32,000 nucleotides of DNA from Candidatus Nitrosopumilus koreensis AR1 (GTDB taxonomy: Archaea > Thermoproteota > Nitrososphaeria > Nitrososphaerales > Nitrosopumilaceae), in contig NC_018655.1 of NCBI RefSeq assembly GCF_000299365.1, positions 1,140,001-1,172,000 on the forward strand, in the 5' to 3' direction. The notes under the pieces were generated by a model. The model saw only the letters and a program-made list of their open reading frames with translations. It was not told the origin of the DNA and did no database searches. Shown one piece after another: positions 27,906 through 32,000 of the stretch; position 1 is the stretch's first letter; each line of letters starts with the position of its first letter. Position numbers and translations under genes: made by a program.

Positions 27906-28448
27906 TTAAGATAGTTCTGCACTACCAAACAACACACTAAATGCTTGACACCAAATCAAGACCTTGTTGTATTTTGTCAGATCAGTATCAACAGGGATTT
28001 CATAGTTTTGATTTCCCTTGTTTGCTTTGAGTTCACCTAGATTCACAAACTCTGAGGCATCATCATCAGTTGCTAAGTAGACATACAAATCAGGACCATT
28101 AGTGGATTTGAAATTCTCTAATCGTAAGACGTTGCCACCATCTGCAAGAGGAATAGTGTATGCATCACCTTGTGCATCATGAATTCCATCACCTACACCG
28201 ATAAAAGTTCCAGAATAAGAAACAGGAATTGTTTCTTCCATCATAGTTTCTTCCATCATAGTTTCTTCCATCATAGTTTCTTCCATCATAGTTTCTTCCA
28301 TCATAGTTTCTTCCATCATAGGTTGAACAACTGCATCAGTAGGCAATGCCTCATCAATACTAGATTCTGTAAAATAAGGAGATATTGCAAATACAGATAC
28401 AGAGCCAATAATTGCTATTGCAATAATTGGTATCAGATATTTGTTCAT
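27906..28448 (-). CDS. Membrane-anchored/secreted DM13-domain protein with Met/Glu-rich linker
   Basis: Signal/anchor YLIPIIAIAIIGSVSVFA, then six MMEET units, then GTFIGVGDGIHDAQGDAYTI...LRLENFKSTNGPDLYVYLATDDD...YNKVLIWCQAFSVLFGSAEL (DM13-like). Confidence 0.85.
   Translation of the reverse strand: MNKYLIPIIAIAIIGSVSVFAISPYFTESSIDEALPTDAVVQPMMEETMMEETMMEETMMEETMMEETMMEETIPVSYSGTFIGVGDGIHDAQGDAYTIPLADGGNVLRLENFKSTNGPDLYVYLATDDDASEFVNLGELKANKGNQNYEIPVDTDLTKYNKVLIWCQAFSVLFGSAELS
28231..28320 (-). repeat. Six perfect tandem copies of a 15-bp unit, coding for (MMEET)6
   Basis: gtttcttccatcata repeated six times without mismatch. Confidence 0.97.
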
Positions 28449-28470
28449 ATAGAAAAGATTGAGTTTTTAC

Positions 28471-28477
28471 TATAAAG
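28471..28477 (-). promoter_or_regulatory. TATA-box-like element of the DM13 gene
   Basis: Minus strand CTTTATA(G), centred about 26 nt upstream of the ATG at 28448, as in leaderless archaeal promoters. Confidence 0.5.
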
Positions 28478-28485
28478 GGGGTTTT

Positions 28486-28513
28486 CCAAATGTGTACCAA
28501 ATGTGTACCAAAT
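28486..28513. promoter_or_regulatory. 11-bp tandem repeat (about 2.5 copies) immediately upstream of the TATA-like box
   Basis: ccaaatgtgta / ccaaatgtgta / ccaaat. The spacing equals about one helical turn. Confidence 0.5.
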
Positions 28514-28607
28514 CTTCAAACAACGATTACAATCGAACCTAGCATATTTTTAATAATATTATTTATTTTCAAAATAAATTAATTCGAGAAAATGAGATTG
28601 TTATCAG

Positions 28608-29198
28608 TTAGTCAATTCTAGGGAAATTATTTCCTAAAGAGAATTTTTTAGCAAAAAACACCAATCCTATAATAGAAATTGCCAAAATCAGAGTCACATA
28701 TGCACCAAATTCAGGAATTACGTTTGTGCCAATGATTTCTACATGTTTTGTATTTTCAGAAATTATCATTCCAATTACATAACCATCAGGCATTTTCATT
28801 ATATCATATCCAGTGTCCACGCCATCAATCAACACTTGATATTTTTCCTTCTCAGCAGTTAGAACTTCAAAAGGTACCCTTACCCAAAAATCTGTTTTTT
28901 CTGGAACTTCTTTAAAAGCAACCTCTATGGATTTGTTTTCTTGATTGATAGTCATTTCTTTGACAGTTGGATCACCTAAGCCCTCAGTCATAGAGTCATC
29001 CATGCTTCCATGATAACCATAGTAAACATCATAAGAAATTTCATCAAATTCAAAGACAAATTTTTCAGCTTCTAATTGAGAGATATCAAGATACTGTGCA
29101 AATGCTTCAACGCCTAAAACATGTTCAGCATACACATTTGTTGGAAATATGATTAACAGAGAAAACATCATTACAAAAAGAAAAATTTGATTTTTCAT
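28608..29198 (-). CDS. Secreted protein with PEFG-CTERM-type C-terminal sorting signal
   Basis: N-terminal signal IFLFVMMFSLLIIFPTNVYA. C-terminal IPEFGAYVTLILAISIIGLVFFAKKFS: PEFG motif, TM segment, basic residues. Confidence 0.8.
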   Translation of the reverse strand: MKNQIFLFVMMFSLLIIFPTNVYAEHVLGVEAFAQYLDISQLEAEKFVFEFDEISYDVYYGYHGSMDDSMTEGLGDPTVKEMTINQENKSIEVAFKEVPEKTDFWVRVPFEVLTAEKEKYQVLIDGVDTGYDIMKMPDGYVIGMIISENTKHVEIIGTNVIPEFGAYVTLILAISIIGLVFFAKKFSLGNNFPRID

Positions 29199-29321
29199 AA
29201 TATTGCTAAAAGATTATCAAATATAATGAATTAGTAAATTTTCATACTTGATTTTCTGAATTGAGGTAAGTAGAATGATTTATCATTAAGTTATTTATGT
29301 AAAGAAATTCAAAAATATCCA

Positions 29322-30269
29322 TTGAAAGTTTTGCAGATTTTTTTAATTTGCACAGTATTTTGTATCATTTTCAGTCAACCATCATTTGCAGATCTAGAAT
29401 CACCAAGAAAACAAATCAAATTTGGTATTGCGCCAGAAAAAATAACATGTAATGAAGGATTGGTTTTGGTGTTAAGAACATCAGGAATGCCAGCCTGTGT
29501 AAAGCCAACTACTGCAGAGAGATTAGAAGATAGAGGATGGAAACAAATTATTCAAAAGTTTGAGACGGCAGGAAGAGAAATTGAGACAATCCCTGCATCA
29601 CAGGGTTCTATTGTAAATTTCTATATCACAGATGATGATCTAAACACAAGTCACAGTGGGATAGACACAATTAGTACAGAGGATCTGTTTGAATTTACAA
29701 TTAACGGAATTCCGATTAACGGTCCGCCAACAATGATTGAGACAGGACCAGATACAGGAAAATTCTATTTGAAATTAGATTTGCCTAGCGAAATTAATGG
29801 AAAGGCAATTACACAAAATGATGTAGTTCTGATTCGTTATCTGGACCAAACAGACGCTGCAGGTGAAAAAAGAGTGGTTACAAAATCAGTTGTACTCAGT
29901 CAAACATTTGCCAAAGTTGAGACATCAGGAGGAGGTTCAAGGATTGGACACGAATTTACTTTGAGAATTTACGAGCCGGATGCCAACATAGATTCCAAAG
30001 ATGAAGACAAGATTTCTCTGAGTCTTTTTGAGTATAGAGGAGATGGAGGAATAAGAACAACACTTGCAAATCCAAAATTTGATGCAAACTCTAGATTTTT
30101 GATCGAAACAGGTCCCAACACAAACACATTTGAAGTAAAAATTAAGATCCCAAGAGAGATAGATGGGAAGATAATTCACATAGGAGACAAGTATGAGATT
30201 AGATACATCGATAGAAGTACACCATCTGGAACAGAAGAGAAAATAATTTTCAAAGGAAGGATTGGATAG
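29322..30269 (+). CDS. Secreted protein with two related beta-rich repeats
   Basis: Signal VLQIFLICTVFCIIFSQPSFA. Repeats VNFYITDDDLNTSHSGIDTIS...MIETGPDTGKFYLKLDLPSEINGKAITQNDVVLIRYLDQT and LRIYEPDANIDSKDEDKIS...LIETGPNTNTFEVKIKIPREIDGKIIHIGDKYEIRYIDRS. Confidence 0.75.
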   Translation: MKVLQIFLICTVFCIIFSQPSFADLESPRKQIKFGIAPEKITCNEGLVLVLRTSGMPACVKPTTAERLEDRGWKQIIQKFETAGREIETIPASQGSIVNFYITDDDLNTSHSGIDTISTEDLFEFTINGIPINGPPTMIETGPDTGKFYLKLDLPSEINGKAITQNDVVLIRYLDQTDAAGEKRVVTKSVVLSQTFAKVETSGGGSRIGHEFTLRIYEPDANIDSKDEDKISLSLFEYRGDGGIRTTLANPKFDANSRFLIETGPNTNTFEVKIKIPREIDGKIIHIGDKYEIRYIDRSTPSGTEEKIIFKGRIG

Positions 30270-30334
30270 ATGGATCAGTTTTGTCAAAGTTCAGTATAAC
30301 CTAAAGATTTTATTCAAACCAACAAACTATTGTT

Positions 30335-31170
30335 GTGCTCAATACCGTATACAAAGATGCAATAATCAACAGGGACAAGATGTTATCTATTCTCAAAGGT
30401 CCAAAATTTGAGCAGATTTTACAAAAAGCAAGAGAAAATTGGGTGGAATTTACGCCTGTGAAAGAAGAAGCAGTTACAGCAGGAATTGATTCTAGTTTTA
30501 ACAATACAAAATTTCAAGGGATTGAGCTTTGGGCAACTACAGCAGTTTCCATTAAAGCAGATGGAGAAATATTAGTAGATTTACATGAGTCAGGATTAGG
30601 ATCAGATACTGATCTTTCAAGAATTGCAAGTAAAATGGAAATTGATGCCTGTGAAAAAACCATAGATCAGGTTGATTTGGTATTGATGGATGGTTCTTTG
30701 CATTCCCAGTTTATGACCAGACAATCAGCTTTAGATGCACAAGTTGTCAGAACAATGAAAAAAAAGACAATGTAATTTTTATTGCAAAAACATCAAACAC
30801 AAAAAAACAATTTGAAAAATTAGGTTCGCTTGCAGGAGATATTTTTTATTATAATCATGTTACAAAAGGTCCAGGATTCAGTAAGTTATTTGTAGAAAAA
30901 AAATATGGAACTGACAAAATCATATCATCAACATTTGTAAGATTAAGTGATTCTACACCAATTATCAAGTTAGAATTTCTTGGAGAACAGCATGATGAAA
31001 AAGAGATAAAATTAGTCATAAACAAACTATACAAAACAAGTATTGGAGGATATCCATACGCATTAAAACTTGCACATAATAACTGTAAAATATCTGATAA
31101 AGAGCTTGCAAAGATGGTTAGTTTGTTAGGTCTAAGTAACGAGATTGGTTCACGTGAGGTACTGGGTTGA
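30335..31170 (+). pseudogene. nurA: NurA-like 5'-3' nuclease, reading frame broken at the A8 run 30758-30765
   Basis: First frame: AGIDSSFNNTKFQGIELWATTAVSIKADGE...VDLVLMDGSLHSQF. Continuation in another frame: NVIFIAKTSNTKKQFEKLGSLAGDIFYYNHVTKGPGFSK...PIIKLEFLGE...IGGYPYALKLAHNNCKISDKELAKM. One extra A restores the frame. Followed by herA. Confidence 0.8.
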
Positions 31171-32000
31171 GTCTGGGTTTTGTTGTTGGTGAATCCAAAC
31201 CAACATTTGTTACTGCAATTACACAGAGAGCATTATCAGTTGGAGAATACATCAAAATATCTTCAGATGAAGGAGAGATTTTAGGATTAGTTGAAAAATC
31301 AGCAGTGTCTAGTGCTGCCTTTGCAGATGTTAAGAATTTTGATGAAGCATCAGAGAGCACAGAAATTGCAGAGATAAACAAGCGTGACAAAACATTTACT
31401 GCACATATTGGAATTTTGGGTTTTTTAGAAAACTTGAGGAAGGGTCAATCAATAATACCTGCAATACCACCAATCCCAGGCACTGAAATCACCCAACCAA
31501 GCAAGCAAGACCTAGAAGAGATTTTTAGTCCAAAAAATGAAGGATGGGTAAAGATTGGAAATCTTTTGAGAAATAAAACAATCGATGCGAAAGTAAACTT
31601 GGACAAAATTGTTTCAAGACATCTAGGAATTTTAGCGATGACAGGAATGGGGAAAAGTAATCTTGTATCACTAGTTACAAAACAGATTTCAAAACTAAAA
31701 GGCACCGTAATAATTTTTGATTATCATAATGATTACACGGCACTAAACATTCCACTAATCAATGTAATAGATGCAAAGATCAATCCAAGATTACTCGATG
31801 CAGACCAACTCTCAGAAGTTTTAGAAATTAGAGATGGTGCAAATGTTCAACAACGTGTTTTAAGAATGGCATTCACAAAACATGTCAAAGAATCAAAAGA
31901 GTTTTGGAGTAAATTAGAAAACGAGGTAGATTTTATTGTTAATTCAGAAGACAAAAAGCTAAAAGAGATCAGAACGTCAGCATATAGAGTTCAAGACATC
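31167..32000 (+). CDS. herA: HerA-family bipolar DNA helicase/translocase ATPase, truncated by the window end; TTG start overlapping the nurA stop
   Basis: Manual translation: MSLGFVVGESKPTFVTAITQRALSVGEYIKIS...RHLGILAMTGMGKSNLVSLVTKQISKLKGTVIIFDYHNDYTALNIPLINVMD. Walker A is GMGKSN. TTGA overlap with the upstream stop. Confidence 0.88.
   Translation, partial: MSLGFVVGESKPTFVTAITQRALSVGEYIKISSDEGEILGLVEKSAVSSAAFADVKNFDEASESTEIAEINKRDKTFTAHIGILGFLENLRKGQSIIPAIPPIPGTEITQPSKQDLEEIFSPKNEGWVKIGNLLRNKTIDAKVNLDKIVSRHLGILAMTGMGKSNLVSLVTKQISKLKGTVIIFDYHNDYTALNIPLINVIDAKINPRLLDADQLSEVLEIRDGANVQQRVLRMAFTKHVKESKEFWSKLENEVDFIVNSEDKKLKEIRTSAYRVQDI

Noticed and set aside
28231-28320. Possible CRISPR-like array because of regular identical repeats
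   Set aside because: The unit is 15 bp with no spacers and is in frame within a coding region, so it is a simple coding tandem repeat.

Overview
32 kb of AT-rich archaeal chromosome. The protein repertoire looks like a marine/ammonia-oxidising Thaumarchaeon (Nitrosopumilus-like): tandem-cupredoxin membrane protein, PEFG-type C-terminal sorting signal, Cdc48, Rpo7/Spt4, NurA-HerA, heme O synthase, membrane PPase. The lineage call is inference from protein content. Most of the window is core housekeeping sequence. The exception is a roughly 5.8 kb accessory block (about 15432-21256) between a zinc-peptidase gene and a GTP-dependent dephospho-CoA kinase-like gene. It carries five ORFs of unrecognised function. 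Two of them are divergently transcribed and have C-terminal HEPN-like RX4H motifs. The block is bracketed by an 18-bp perfect direct repeat and, just inside that, a 21-bp inverted repeat (20/21 match), with no recognisable transposase or integrase inside. Other notable observations: a probable C/D box sRNA on the minus strand at the right edge of the block; an unlisted 36-aa Cys-rich microprotein at 9942-10052; three genes (truD, nadA, nurA) each broken by a single-base shift at a poly-A run, probably sequencing error; a DM13 lipoprotein-like gene with six perfect 15-bp repeats encoding (MMEET)6; and an 11-bp tandem repeat directly upstream of that gene's TATA box.
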